Origin: Bispira polyomma
Lineage: Eukaryota
Assembly (NCBI GenBank): GCA_965649765.1
Contig: OZ287752.1
Span: forward strand, 87,606,001-87,670,000
Direction: 5' to 3'
DNA length: 64,000 bases
Position 1 is the stretch's first letter. Every line of letters starts with the position of its first letter. The notes beneath the pieces were generated by a model that saw nothing but the letters and a program-made list of their open reading frames with translations, made no database searches and was not told the origin of the DNA. Position numbers and translations under genes: made by a program. This document shows, one piece after another, positions 47,366 to 60,600 of the stretch.

Positions 47366-49268
47366 GAAACAAACATTGCACATAATCTGCATGATGAAGT
47401 AATCCACAACAAACCGCGACAAAAGGGTTGATTTAAACTGTACTAACTGACCTACCGTGTGTGATTACGATAAACTTATATGGGGTGAAGGGAATATTGC
47501 TGCAGAAAATTTACTGTCTTGCGGTAAATATGCATTGTACAACATCGGCCAAAATGTGCGGGCCTTTGCGGAAGCATAAAGGATCGTTCACAGCATGGTC
47601 ACAGCAGAGGTGGACATTCGAGAAACACAAGGGTCGAGTTGATAATGCTTCGCCATTGCAATAAATGCGTAGTGATTGAATAATGATCGCCCATTCAAGT
47701 GGAGCTTGTACAACCTTAGCCCTGTACATGCTTAGTTAGACCCCATACGAAAGCTATATATGTAGGGATGCGTTCTAAAGGTTGACCCAATCAACAAAAT
47801 GACTTCTAAATATATTAACAACTTTATCTTTCATCGTTATAAAGTAATTTAGGAGTTATATAGTTTTATATTGTAAGATCATTTAAAATCAAGCTAGTTT
47901 GGTGAAATTGTAACACTTCCTTCCTTACGAATGAAATTGTAACACTTCCTTCCTTACGACTTTGCAATTTCCACGGACTTAATGATCGGACTAATGATTC
48001 TGCTGTTGCGCTTTAGAAGATGCCTAGCATCAATAAAGCGTGTTAAAAATCCATAATAATAAATAGAAGGTACTATTGCATTTATCAAATACATAACAAG
48101 TTGTCATTGTTATTGGGTCGCTTTGAGAAACCATGACGAACGCTAGAAAACATGCCCATTCTGGGCTGGGGGTTGTGATTTGTAGCTTGCAAAAGTGAGA
48201 GGCCACCTCGCCCCTGGTTAACAGTCAGTTACCGTGTGGCCAACTAGAAGTAAAAGCCACATTTTGACCACTTTTCCCCTGGCCGAACAGTGACAGTCAT
48301 CTCAACTGGTTGACTAAGATAGTGATGCGAGGCATCTTCCAAAGCACAGTAACCAAATTGATAAACCAATCAAGGACCTTCTGATCTCCCCAGTTCTTGG
48401 TTTTCCCATTTGGATGTTGTGCTTTAGAAAATGCCTTGCATCAATAAAACGTGTCAAAATATATATAATGCAATATAGACGGTTACAATACAATAGTCCT
48501 GTAACCCAGCGCCTGTATTCACAAAAGGTCTTAAGCCAATATTTCTAAGACAAAATAATTGTCTCAAATTGAGTGGTATTCATAAAATTGCTGAGCCAAT
48601 TTTTTGTCTCAGATTTGGTCTCAAAGTTAAGACTAGTAGAGAGGCGTCTCTAATATTAAACAAAAAGTCTGTTATACATCAACCTTAGTTAGGCGTATGT
48701 GTTCTAGTGTCCGCCCAGGCGATAATGAGGTGATTAATGCGACGCCAAGATCTTACTCTATTAATCCCAGGCGATAATGAGGTGATTAATGCGACGCCAA
48801 GATCTTACTCTATTAATCAAAGGACTTTAAAATAAAGAATGTTATGCGCTACTATTGTTTGTAATTGTAAGTGTACTACAACACAAACCTATAACATGGT
48901 GTCAGATGTGGGATTTACACTCTAACACAACACTCTAAAAGCTAGCGCCTGCCAGTATATATCTACATTGACACTGTGGATACTGCCACCAACTGAGAGT
49001 TCTAATAGACGTCTTCTATTTCACTGAACATGGATAAGTTTGACCCTCCTTCCATCTACTGGATAGCCCCAGGGGACTTGCGTAAGTCTTTCAAGTTGTT
49101 TAGGCAAAAATGCACCTTGATATTTGATAGACCCAACCAAACTGAAGATGCGGCAAAAAGGTGAGACTGCTCCTTTTCTGGCTTGGCGAAAAGGGCTTGG
49201 AGATCGACAATACTGCCATATTAACTGACGGTGACAATCTGAAGGTTAAACCTGTACTAGATAAGCTA

Positions 49269-52200
49269 CTGCTTTCCTAGACGTTATCGCCATAGCCGTA
49301 ACCAAAATATGACAACTACATGTTTAATACTAATGACCTGTTATAGTTCCAAACATGAGTATTGTTTATTTATTACCACACACAAAGTGCCACCACGTGT
49401 ACCTAATGTCAGCTAGGCAATGAACGTCTAGTAAACATAATGTCTTATATGATCGCCCAAATAACTGGAATTGCTGCTTCATGTTATCACCACACCAATA
49501 TTTAGCCACCTATTAGGTAGTTATCGACCAAATACACATATTGTACTGTGTAATGTGGAAATTTTTGGAATATCAGCAAAGAATTTAACAGATACATTTG
49601 TAAATACATAAAGTTTCAGTATTTCACGTAACTGCTTCCTGTAATAAATAACAGCCTACTTCAAATCTACAACTGTAGTAAAGGCCATACTAAATGTGAT
49701 ATATATATTCATGTTTGGTATGGATTCTGTACTATTCTGTAGGTGTTACAAATTACCACATATGAATGATTTGACTTTACAATTGTGCATGGCATTGTTT
49801 GAAGATGTATACGGTTATGAGAGCACTAAATACATTACTCTAAAGATTAGGTCTCATGTTAGTCATCTTCACTTAGGTTGATATTATTATGTGAAACCAA
49901 AAAAACACAGTCGATTGTAACAACTAACACATTCAAGAAAGTTGGCTCCTTACCATGTTAAGGTGCTGACTCCAAATCACTGCCTTTCATCCCATCTGCA
50001 TCGTAGCTCCAAAATCAATGTGCAACCTTAAGTAGTGTGACATATTATGTGTTAAACATATGTTGTGCAAAAAAGTAGCCTTAATTAAGATGTGTTTGCT
50101 TAAGTTGGTTATGTTAGTCAATAAACAACATGGTAATGTGTAATTGTTTAATAATGTTTATCGATATATGTCACACACGAGTCACTGTTCCATCGGGGGG
50201 AGGGGTAGGTTATTGTAATTGTTATATTATATGGGTGCAATAAATGATAGTTTCATTGTGAGTTTTAGATTCCATGCATGATAATAATGTATTGTCGTAC
50301 CTGTTTTTTCTTGGCCAAGTCAAGGCAAGTGAAACTGTAGTGACTGTCATGGTTGTCTAGTAACAACACTATTGGGCGGCCTTTTCCACAGTTGGGTAGA
50401 AAAATATTCTCAAACCACGTTTGGAATAATTCTTTGTCCATATATCCTATTTTAGAAAAAGGTTTTATTTGGTACATTTCTATATACAATAATTGTTATT
50501 GTTATGTATTACATTTTTAGTGTCGCTGTATCTCTTTTTCTGCAGCTGTAAAACATTGAATTACACATCCCTTTGAGGTCATAAATAATTAATGCTGCAT
50601 TTTAAAATTAGGCCACTACATGTTGCTGCAATATTAAGATATACAAAGATGTACCATTTTCTGAAATTCCGTACAGCCAGGATTTCGGTAGGTTGTCATC
50701 CACTGATATGGTTGGAAAACCTTTGCAATAGATGATGAAATTAGGAAGCACTTTCCCAACAGCATTAACACACGTCATTGGGGTGATGTGGTCAACTGTT
50801 GATGTCTATTGTGAGTGACACAAACTTTACATTATTGTGTATTACATTTGGTTATGCAAATGTAACCATTATAGATAAAGAAGCAAATGTAAAAATTTAA
50901 TTTGTGTTACTCTTTCATTGACCATTTCTGTTGAGGAACATTCCATATGTTATTTTAAACAGTATATATGACATGCACATGAAATGTGGTAAAGTGTTTT
51001 TGGATGTGATAGTTATGGTCCATGTGATGCTGTTTCAGCATTTCATGGAATATTGTTGTTTGTGCAGTGCTCAAGAAATATGCAGTACCATTTTCTGATA
51101 AATCTGTGCTCCTCGTACACCGTAAGCCTTTTCCCTACTGGTGACATGGTTTGATATTCCCGTTTCATCACAATTGAAAATCTGTGCAGGCTTGTCTAAA
51201 AGTTTAAGGTCCCTCAGCAATAGTTCTTTAAAACAAAGAATTGTGACATCAAGCACAACAATGATAATAATACAAAAGCCATTGTGTAGATGTACTAGTC
51301 AGGAAACAGTAGTCTATATTTACCATATTTATTAAAAAATCATCCATGATACAATCTGTTGACTGGTTTGACCGACCTATGGTAATCAGTGGTATGTGGT
51401 ACAGCATATTTCAGTTTGGGATGATGCGACTGGAACCTCTTAAACCAGTTGTCACTCGGCCCACGCTCTAGGTTAAAACGACACCTGAGGGTGCGATCTG
51501 CCCCAGACAATCTTATTATCTCCTACAAATTAAAGTATTAATTAGAACATAGCTTTACAGGAACATGTCACGGCAATGACAAATATTGAATGGACTCAGA
51601 TAGTATGTTGTTATTGCCCTTAATTGTATACACGGGTAACACTTACAAGCACTGTGCTTCTTATGTCACTTCTTCGTAAGGGTAGGTTACGGCTTGACAT
51701 ATACATAATGTAATCTACCAGCGCCATCTCTTCTGGCTCCGTCAGCTCAGCCTGCACACCTGAATTGTCAAAATGGGGAATTTTCCCATTTGCATGATCA
51801 CCGATGGTTCTCCTGGGAACCCCGTACTTCATGCTAGCCATTCTGATAGACATACCCTGCCTCACTGAAGCCACTGCTTCTTGTAGCAAAGGTTTGACAT
51901 ATTGTTTTCTCTTCTTCATTTCAAGGGGAAAAAACATAAATACTATTCAAATTCGGATAGTTTTGATTGTTTGCAATAATTATTTAGCTGCTTAAAATAT
52001 GACATGTGTTTTAGACTTTCCGAATTATGAGCAGCATACTCATTAGTATTAGTTATTCGATTACTTTAATAATGAGTGTTAGCAGTAACCATTTTTATCC
52101 TATACTTTATTTTTAATGGTATCTGGTAACATGGTGGGGAAACTGTCATAATTATTTGCAAAGAAAATTGTTTTAATGCATTATTGTGAGTAGTTTACCT

Positions 52201-52431
52201 TCTTTATCATCCATAATATGATATAAGAACGTGTTGTAGAACTTTATGGTTGTAGAACTAAATTTTAGTGACACGTTTTCACTGCCTGGAACATGCGGAA
52301 GTTGCCGTGAAATTTTGGCTATGTTCGCGGCACCCCGAGACCCCAAATTTCGGTTCTCGATAACTTTTATTAATTCAAGATGGGGGACATGGTGATAACC
52401 ACTACACTGGCGATAACGTCTAGGAAAGCAG
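49269..52431 (-). mobile_element. pogo/Tigger-like (Tc1/mariner superfamily) DNA transposon with 24-bp TIRs and TA TSD
   Basis: TIRs ctgctttcctagacgttatcgcca (49269-92) and tggcgataacgtctaggaaagcag (52408-31), each flanked by TA. Removing the element restores the gag frame VLDKL|EAYTKPQSNE. Confidence 0.93.
50301..51919 (-). pseudogene. Intron-containing pogo-like transposase (HTH_psq, CENP-B HTH, DDE_1), C-terminally incomplete
   Basis: Exons 51919-51647 (MSIRMASMKYGVPRRTI), 51522-~51323 (GPSDNWFKRFQSHHP), 51225-51089 (IFNCDETG), 50805-50655 (ITPMTCVNAVG) and 50446-50301 (GYMDKELFQTWF...LLLDNHDSH), with GT-AG introns. Confidence 0.85.
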
Positions 52432-54794
52432 TAGAGGCTTATACTAAACCGCAAAGTAACGAAATACTCTCCAGGTACCAATTACGCTGCTTAAAAGAAG
52501 AGGATATGCCACTGGAAGAGTTTATTACCAGAGCGTGCACCTTAATAGATCAAGGAGGGTACTACCTCAATTTCAAAGATGAAACATTATGGGACACCCT
52601 GATATTTGGACTTAGCTCCAAAAATGTTAGAAGAGAGGCTATCAAAGTGGTAAACAAGTTGACTTACAAACAAGTATATGATCTGGCAAACATTGATAAG
52701 AGTACTAAGCGCCAGCTCGCCGAGATAGACAGGAGATAATTAACCTCTGCAGAAGTAAATAGAGTGAGTAACTCTACCCCTTCTGGCTGCAACTTCCCAA
52801 AGAGAAGATTCCCAACAAGGGGTCCAAAGCCAATTCGGAAGCCAGGGACCATGAACTACAAGGTGATTGTCCATCGCAATCAGCCAGATGTAATTACTGT
52901 GACATTAAGGACCATATTGAAGCAGTTTACCAAAAGAAAGCTGCAGCGACCAGGCGTAACATACAGGAGATACAGGAAGGAGCAACCAATTATTATGAGA
53001 CAATAAAACGACAACAGGAAAAGTTGGGTGTATCACCTCCTCACTAAGCTTTATCCCCAGCTTCCCCAACAAACTGTTCGCCACAGTAAACATTGAAAAT
53101 TGATAAAACCTAAAATGCAAAATTGACACTGGAGCAGACGTAAGCATCCTCACAAAGTCGGACCTGAAATTTTTTTTTTCAACCTGAAATTTGTAAAAGT
53201 AACACTGTCCTAAAGGGATATGGAGGCTCAAAAATTGACAGGATAAGGACCGCCTCTCTTAACATTTCGCACAAAAGCAGAAGTGCCTCAGTGAAATTCC
53301 ATGTTGTAAACGCACATTCAAGCAGTCCATCCATTATAGGCTGTAGTCAGCCCCAGGAATTGAATATGATTAGTTTTAATGTCAACAGTGTAACATTGCC
53401 GAATGCATATGACACCTTACCGTCTGTTTTGGACAAGCAGTAGGTGATCAGTAACTATGGTGATTGTTTTAACAGGATAGGGAGATTTTCAGGAAAATAA
53501 TACCATATAGAGCTGAACTCAAACAGTTCTGGTATACATAATGCCACTCTTTGAGGCTGAGCGTAACAAGATGAAAGATATGGACGTAATAATTGAGGTG
53601 ACCGAACCAACTGACTGGGTCAATTCGATCACAAAAACGCCAGAGGGGGACATGAAAGTCTGCTTATGCCTGCATCCTAAAGACCTGAATAAGGACATAA
53701 AATGGGCCCATTACCCGACCAAAACGATTGACCAGGTCCTTCCTCTTCTGCACGGCAAAAAGTTCTTCTCAGTGGTTGACACTAAAAAGGGATACTGGCA
53801 TGGAGAACTTGACCATGCCTCCAGCCTCCTGAGTACCTTAAACACCCCGTTCGGGAGATTTCACTTCAAACACTTGTCATTGGGTCTAGTTGTATCACAA
53901 GATGTTTACCAGCGAAAGCTAGATAGTGTGTTCAGAAGAATACCAAATGTCACAGGAATCGCAACTGACATACTCATTGTTGAAAGCACACAGAAAGAAT
54001 ATGATACAGCCTTTCTCAAGGTAATAGAGGCTGCCCGTGTGAACAACATTGGCTTTAACTCAAGAAACTCCAGTTCAAAAGGGACCCTGTCAAGTTTTGT
54101 GGGCATATCATATCCATAGAAGGCCTATTCCACAAAGTCAACGGGACCTTCAAACATTATTGGGACTGATTACATATTTAAATATATTCTCTGCAAATCC
54201 TACAAACCTGACTGCCCCACTACGTGAGTTAAACAAAAGATCTACACACTTTTCGTGGGAGCCACACCATCAGCATGCGCTTGACAGAATCAAGAAAGAA
54301 TCAAGACTGAACTCTGCACCTGCTTTTTACGAATGCTCATTTTCACTCTGTATACAACTATGATGGTTTTAAAAGTAGACTTCAGTGAGGTTTTAAACCA
54401 TTTTGATATGGCCAGACAAATTGTAATGTTAATGCTTGGCTATAAACCTATAAAAACACCGATATAACGATTCTTGTATTGTGACGTCGCATAGTTTGAA
54501 AATCTCTGTAGAACATCATATTTGTAAACAAATCTCGGAGAGAACCTGTTCTGTTGTGACACAATATGAGTATTGATCCACCATATATGAATATATTATA
54601 TATGCTATACAAATTTTAAAAACGTGTATATTATTTTGTGTGATTTATTTTTTGAACATATTTCCATACTTTATGGAAATCATAAATACAATTTATTGTA
54701 AAATTTGGAATATATTAATATTGTGTATTTTCGAAAAGGAACAGAGTTTATGGACTCTTATTGAAAAAGTAAATAATAAAAAATAATGCTAAAG

Positions 54795-55005
54795 TCTTTC
54801 TTTATCCTGTGGTGTAGAATATTGTGGTATTGATTGTTTCTTTATGCTGTGGTGTAGAATATTGTGGTATTGATTGTTTCTTTATGCTGTGGTGTAGAAT
54901 ATTGTGGTATTGATTGTTTCTTTATGCTGTGGTGTAGAATATTGTGGTATTGATTGTTTCTTTATCTTGTGGTGTAGAATATTGTGGTATTGATTCTTTC
55001 TTTGT
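54795..55005. repeat. 40-bp tandem repeat within an interspersed element
   Basis: ctgtggtgtagaatattgtggtattgattgtttctttatg x5; present as a single copy in the homolog at ~34688. Confidence 0.9.
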
Positions 55006-55246
55006 TTGTGCATTGTGTCACGTTTGGTTAGGGTGTACTTTGGCAAATATTGTGTTTTAGGTTATATATAATATTTGTTGCTGATAAATTAGTAAAATTA
55101 ATGTTAAAATTTATAAAATTGAACTTGAATTGTGATTTAATCCCTCCTTTATAATTTTTACTCCTCATAAAGTAAAAAACGTATTTAAAAATTTACTTTG
55201 AGGCCTTCATAACTAAAGTTGTGTTGGTTGAAGGCAGTTTTCTTTC

Positions 55247-56039
55247 TAGACCGAGTTTTCTGTCTTCGACGACGCTTTGATTTACTGATGTGCGCTCGTC
55301 TAGGGGCAAAGTTCCTTAATATAGCAAATCGTTGTAAATGTGTAACGGCAACAAAACGTAAGAAATAACAACCTCAAACAAGGAATTGGCTAGTAAAAAA
55401 TATATGGAATTGAAGATGAATAGTTATATTTTGTATAACAACCTTTATTGAATGTTGATCATCACTATATTAATTTATACGAGATATACGAAAGGTTTCT
55501 ATAAATTTATCCTCCATGTTTGCTAGCGAAAATCTGCTGGCGCATGTGCACACCATCTCTTTCTGTGGGATTCCCTGGGAGTTTTCCGATTAGAATAATT
55601 TGACAGAATAAGATCCGTTAATTTTTATTGAATACAAAAGATCCCCAATGATATATTTTCAATTATTGTAGCAAACTTTGATTAGAATTCGCAATAATTA
55701 AATCCACGCAAGTAAAGGAAGCACTACTACACATGTCCTTGACATTATATGATGGTGACGTGATGGATTACACAAAATTAAAATGGCGGACAAAATACCG
55801 GAAATAGACAAATTGACTAATATATATATATATATACCTTGTGCTGTTTTCCAAGTAAAAATGGTGAACGGCTAATAAGCTCTATAAAGGTAATAATTCT
55901 GGATATTTCAAACAAATAAAGGATGTATGTATATATGCCGTTACACATTTACAACGATTTACTATAGTAAACAACTCTGTCGCCAACGGCCGCATATCAG
56001 TAAAAAAAAGGGCGTTTCGGCAACAGAGAACTCGGTCTA
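55247..56039. mobile_element. Non-autonomous DNA transposon with ~100-bp imperfect TIRs
   Basis: tagaccgagttttctgt...aaatcgttgtaaatgtgtaacggca versus tgccgttacacattttacaacgattt...acagagaactcggtcta. Confidence 0.7.
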
Positions 56040-56649
56040 TTTTCTTTCATAACGCTATTTAGCAGCGACCATTAGACATTTAAAAAAGGCTCTAATAAGT
56101 ATAAAATATTGACTTTTTTCAAAAATTGCTTATTTTAAATGAGGAACGAATGTATTATATATTTTTGTTTGTTAAAATATTTTACACTCTGTAGAGATTT
56201 AAATTGAAATAAACATACAGATAAAAAAAATCCTGTGTGATGGCCACTAAGAATTGGTAAGAGCTGGGTATTTGCTCCAATACAGTCATTCATGTTCTTA
56301 GCACTAATTATGATGTAGATGGTCTTTAGCAGCTTGTAATCATAGTGTGACTGGAGCCAAGATACACTGATGTATTTGGGTTTGATGTGAAAAGTTTATA
56401 GTAAAGGTAATGTAACGGTAATGGGACACTTTTATTAATAGGACCTACCAACTCTTCAACTATATTGTTCATCCATATTCCAAAGGATTATTATTGTTTT
56501 CAAAGAATTGAAGACAGTGACCTCTACTAAATGATATTAAGGAGTGATAACCGATGACCTTTGAATTAGTTTTTGTCAATCCATTCCTCAGCCAGCTCTG
56601 TGGTGTGAGGTCTGCATCACAGGAACTGAGAACTGGTACTGAGAGCTTG

Positions 56650-57536
56650 GTGTGACGTTAGTGTGACCTCAGTGAGACCTCAATGTGACATCAGTGAGAC
56701 CTCAATGTGATGTCAGTGAGACCTCAATGTGACATCAGTGAGACCTCTATGTGACCTCAGTGAAACCTCAATGTGACTTTAGTGGGACCTCAATGTGACC
56801 TCAGTGAGACCTCAATGTGACATCAGTGAGACCTCAATGTGAACTTATTGAGACTTCCATGTGACCTCAGTGAGACCTCAATGTGACCTTAGTGAGACCT
56901 CAATGTGACCTTAGTGAGACCTCAATGTGACATCAGTGAGACCTCCATGTGAACTTATTGAGACCTCCATGTGACCTCAGTGAGACCTCAATGTGACCTT
57001 AGTGAGACCTCAGTGTGACCTTAGTGAGACCTCCATGTGACATCAGTGAGACCTCAATGTGATATCAGTGAAACCTACTTGTAATATTAGTGAGACCTAC
57101 TTGTAATATTAGTAAGACCTCAATGCGACCTTAGTGAGACCTCAATGTGACATCAGTGAGACCTCCATGTGAACTTATTGAGACCTCTATGTGACCTCAG
57201 TGAGACCTCAATGTGACATCAGTGAGACCTCAATGTGACATCAGTTAGAACTCAATGTGACCTTAGTGCGAACTCCATGTGACCTTAATGAGCCTTCAAT
57301 GTGACTTTAATGTGAACTCAATGAGACCTTAATGTGACCTCACTGAGACCTCAATGTAACCTCACTGTGACCTCAGTCTGACTTTAACATAAGCTTGATG
57401 TGACCTCAATGACGTAAGTATGACCTCAGTGTGACCTTTGTGTGATCTCACTACAATATATATTGATGTGACCTGAATGTTTTATTAGACCTAATTATGC
57501 CTCAGTGTGACCTCACTGTGACCTCACTGTGACCTT
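56650..57536. repeat. 22-bp (2x11) satellite (gtgacctcagtgagacctcaat)
   Basis: Visible periodicity. Confidence 0.93.
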
Positions 57537-57811
57537 GCTCTTGTCTGTATAGTTTTATACATGTTACTCATTGTTCACTACAGGGACAGAACAGGACACA
57601 TTAGGATTGTGTGGTGAATTCAGTGACCGTGTGCTAATAGTTCAAGACCGTCTCTGTTATTTAGGAACGGAGAGCACCTGGGTTCGAACCCAGCCTGGGG
57701 AATACCAGAAACATGGTGGGTGCTGGTTAGCTGTCAACATTCAACATGTTGTGATATAATAGGTGATCAATATAAACTATGAACAGATCCATTTCACACC
57801 ACTTCTATTGT

Positions 57812-58063
57812 GGGGCCGCGGTGGCCTAGTGGTTAGCAAGCATTGCACTTCACAATCACTGGTCTCTCACCTATGGGCGGCGTGAGTTCGAATCCTGCCG
57901 ATGCCTATGTGGGAAAGGTGGTAGTTCCTTACTGTGGGCCGCTGGTTTCTCTGCAGAACCTTGACCAACTGTATGCAGTGTTTCCTCCAGCGTTTCCAAC
58001 TACCCGTCCCAATATAACCTACTAAAAGGTACTAGAGTGGACATTAAAATATCCAAATTCAAA
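57812..58063 (+). mobile_element. tRNA-derived SINE, copy 5
   Basis: Nearly identical to copy 1; TSD ttcacaccacttctatt. Confidence 0.95.
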
Positions 58064-58656
58064 TTCACACCACTTCTATTTATTTGGATTACAACAACGT
58101 TGATACTAAAGGAAAAGTATACTATACCTACACACCCACTCATTTTCAAGGGCCATATGAATGAATCTTCACTTGGTTCTTACCACCAAAGACAAACATG
58201 TCAACCTGTGCCCGTATTCTGGAAACTACTTACCTGAGCTAAGGTACTACTTAACTTAATTGCTCACATAAAGACAAAACCCTATTTGGAAGTGACAGAT
58301 CATTGTATACTTAAGTATTTGCCAAGCTAATTAAAACTTAAACTTAACCATATCTTCAAATTAACTCAGCTATGTTCCTAGAAGAGGGGTACTGGATTAT
58401 TTCTTTCTGGCTGAGAGATTTAGAGGGAAGAACACCTAACACTATAGTATGCTCTGAGCACTCTAATTGTTGTACATATCTACCTGTCAGTGTTGTAGGT
58501 AAAAAGACTGTAAGAACAACCTGGTGTACACACAAAACACACACTAATCACGTACATCATGGACTCTACACAAGGTAGTCAATATATCAGATAAATGCAG
58601 CCAAGTCTATATTCAAGCAAATTTCATGCACTTGTCACCCTGTGAACTCTTAACCC

Positions 58657-59309
58657 TTAGTAACCACCAAACCGGTTGCAATAGAAACTGTCCACAGCCT
58701 TCAGTAACCACTGGCCATCCTCTCCCAGGCCGCTGTAATGATTAAAGCGCCGCCCATTCTTCTCATAGCTCACTTGTTGCAGGACATTAGAGATTACCGA
58801 GTTCAGTCCTTCTTCAGGGATTGACCTGTAGTCAATCGGTGTCCCCTTAGAAAGTGACCAGACTGGGTTGTAGGGCAGACTATTCCTCTTTCCCTGGTCA
58901 GGTACTGACTGTACCAGCACTGACCTCCTTCCATTGTCTACCTGCATCCTACCAGCTGGTCTGACCTCTCCAGGATATCTACTCAAGAACTTCAGGTACC
59001 ACTCACTCCACCTGGCCTCAGCTTCCTTACTGACAGGCTGTACCTCTGGATACCCTTGCTGGTAACCCTGTTTGTACCCTGGCTGGCGCCACTCACTCCA
59101 CCTGGCCTCAGCGTCCTTACTAGCAGACTGTACCTCTGGGTGCCCTAAGTTGTACCCCCGTCTGTAATCCTGAGGGCTTACTTTCAACAGCCAAGGCTGT
59201 TCTCTAGAGATTGACTTCTTTCCATTGACATTGTAATAGTACAATGGAGTAGGTTTCTTCTTTAAGATTCTCATCTCCTCTGCCATATCCTTTACGTTAG
59301 CTTTATTAC
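58657..59309 (-). CDS. Probable terminal coding exon of an unknown gene (~216 aa); prohormone/neuropeptide-precursor-like
   Basis: Long, uninterrupted, GC-richer ORF that is not TE-like. Acceptor gtttgtatttacgtctctttag|gt at 59311/59309. Contains NGKK, YRR, NGRR, QGKR and NGRR sites and an internal repeat (PEVQ..SK.AEARWSEW x2). Confidence 0.55.
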
Positions 59310-59699
59310 CTAAAGAGACGTAAATACAAACAAACTTGGGTACAGTGCATTCTCCATAATACAGTTCCTGAACTCCTTCGACTATAATACTACACGAAGG
59401 GCTTGAGCAATGAGCTAAACACACAAATTAAGTATTTCTACTCAGCTTGGTTTTCATACAGCCACTTTTTGGCGATGTAGCAATATGTTCTCAGGTATCA
59501 GAAGTATTGATAGACGTGTCAAGTTTACAACATGTTAAAGACTTTTAGAATTGTTTTCAATACTGAAACCATTAAGATGACATATATAATTAGTTGAGTT
59601 GGTTAATATCTGAGCCGAGATATGCTTGTTTTACAGAGCAGGTTGTTTAGGTTTATAGCTGGGTACTAAAGTAGAATCAGACCCTTACAGCAAAGTGAT

Positions 59700-60600
59700 C
59701 ATAGGCAAGCATGGACCAGCTTGATATAAAATTCTGCATATGCTGTTTCGAATTTTTCTGCGGCTTGTTTATTTTCCCCAGTTCGACACCATACAATATG
59801 AATTACAACTGCAACAGCATTTCCAAAAGTTAGGAGTTGACGAAAGCTGCAAAAGTCCTAATTGTTATTGTAGCCAGATTTGCAGATGCGGATGTTTAAG
59901 GGAAATCAAAGTCAAAACTGACACCTAGATTCTTAGTACTACCAGCAGGAAAGTGTTATTATTGCAAAGATGTATAGGGAAAAGCTCTTTCCTTTGTGGT
60001 TTGGAGCCAATAAGTAGAAATTTTGTTTTGTTTGGGTTTACCTTCAGGTTTGACTGATTCGTTCACGTTTGAATTGCTCTGAGGCAACTAGAGAGCTGAT
60101 GAAGCACATAGGAACAGTTTGTGGGCTGTGGGAGCAGTAGATTAGAGTATCATCTGCATCATTTTTGTTTTTCAAAGTGATAGCTGATATTGATATGGTT
60201 AATGGGGAAATTTTTATCTCTGTGGCATGGAATAACTTCCTCGATCAACTTTGAAGGCAAAGCTAAAAAAAGATACTGTTCTCTAATTTTTAAGATCGAA
60301 TTTCGGCTTTTAAAGTAATGGAATTACTTGGGCAGTTCTGAAAGGTTTTGGGAGGCAACCTTCTTGAAGGGAAGAGTTTATTCTATTTGTGATTGGAGTA
60401 AGTAGAACACGAATACACTCCATTAGTGGAGAAGTGTGGATTGGGTCAAGCTTTCAGGATTAAGTTATAATCTTAGGGACTCCATCTTTTGCAAAGGGGG
60501 AAGAGCTAGTTTAGAAATAGTTTAAACCCAAAAGTGATTTAAGGGATCTAAGCTTCACTTAGAGATTTTATTTTTTTGGGATTGTTCTCTCAGAGACCTG
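59700..60600 (-). mobile_element. CR1/L2 LINE fragments
   Basis: The reverse complement encodes ADDTLI, LKVNPNKTKFLLIGSK, TKNLGVSFD and LQLSSTPNF-like pieces. Confidence 0.7.

Larger units (their letters stand above)
48670..54310 (+). mobile_element. Gypsy/Ty3 LTR retrotransposon remnant: 5' LTR 48670-48896, PBS, gag (split), protease, RT; 3'-truncated
   Basis: LTR termini tgttata...tataaca with an internal AATAAA. PBS-like tggtgtcagatgtgggat at 48897. gag MDKFDPP...FKLFRQKCTLIF from ~49029, resuming at 52432. Protease KIDTGADVSIL at ~53115. RT PTDWVNS...PKDLNK...FSVVDTKKGYW...TPFGRF in ORF 53541-54119. Confidence 0.9.

Noticed and set aside
46897-47385. W/C/G-rich 162-aa ORF
   Set aside because: 39-bp minisatellite translation; the array is interrupted by a SINE.
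50301-51919. Domesticated host gene (TIGD/Jerky-like) because it has introns
   Set aside because: It is enclosed by perfect TIRs and a TA duplication inside a Gypsy gag, has an apparent frameshift in its second exon, and lacks the final catalytic exon.
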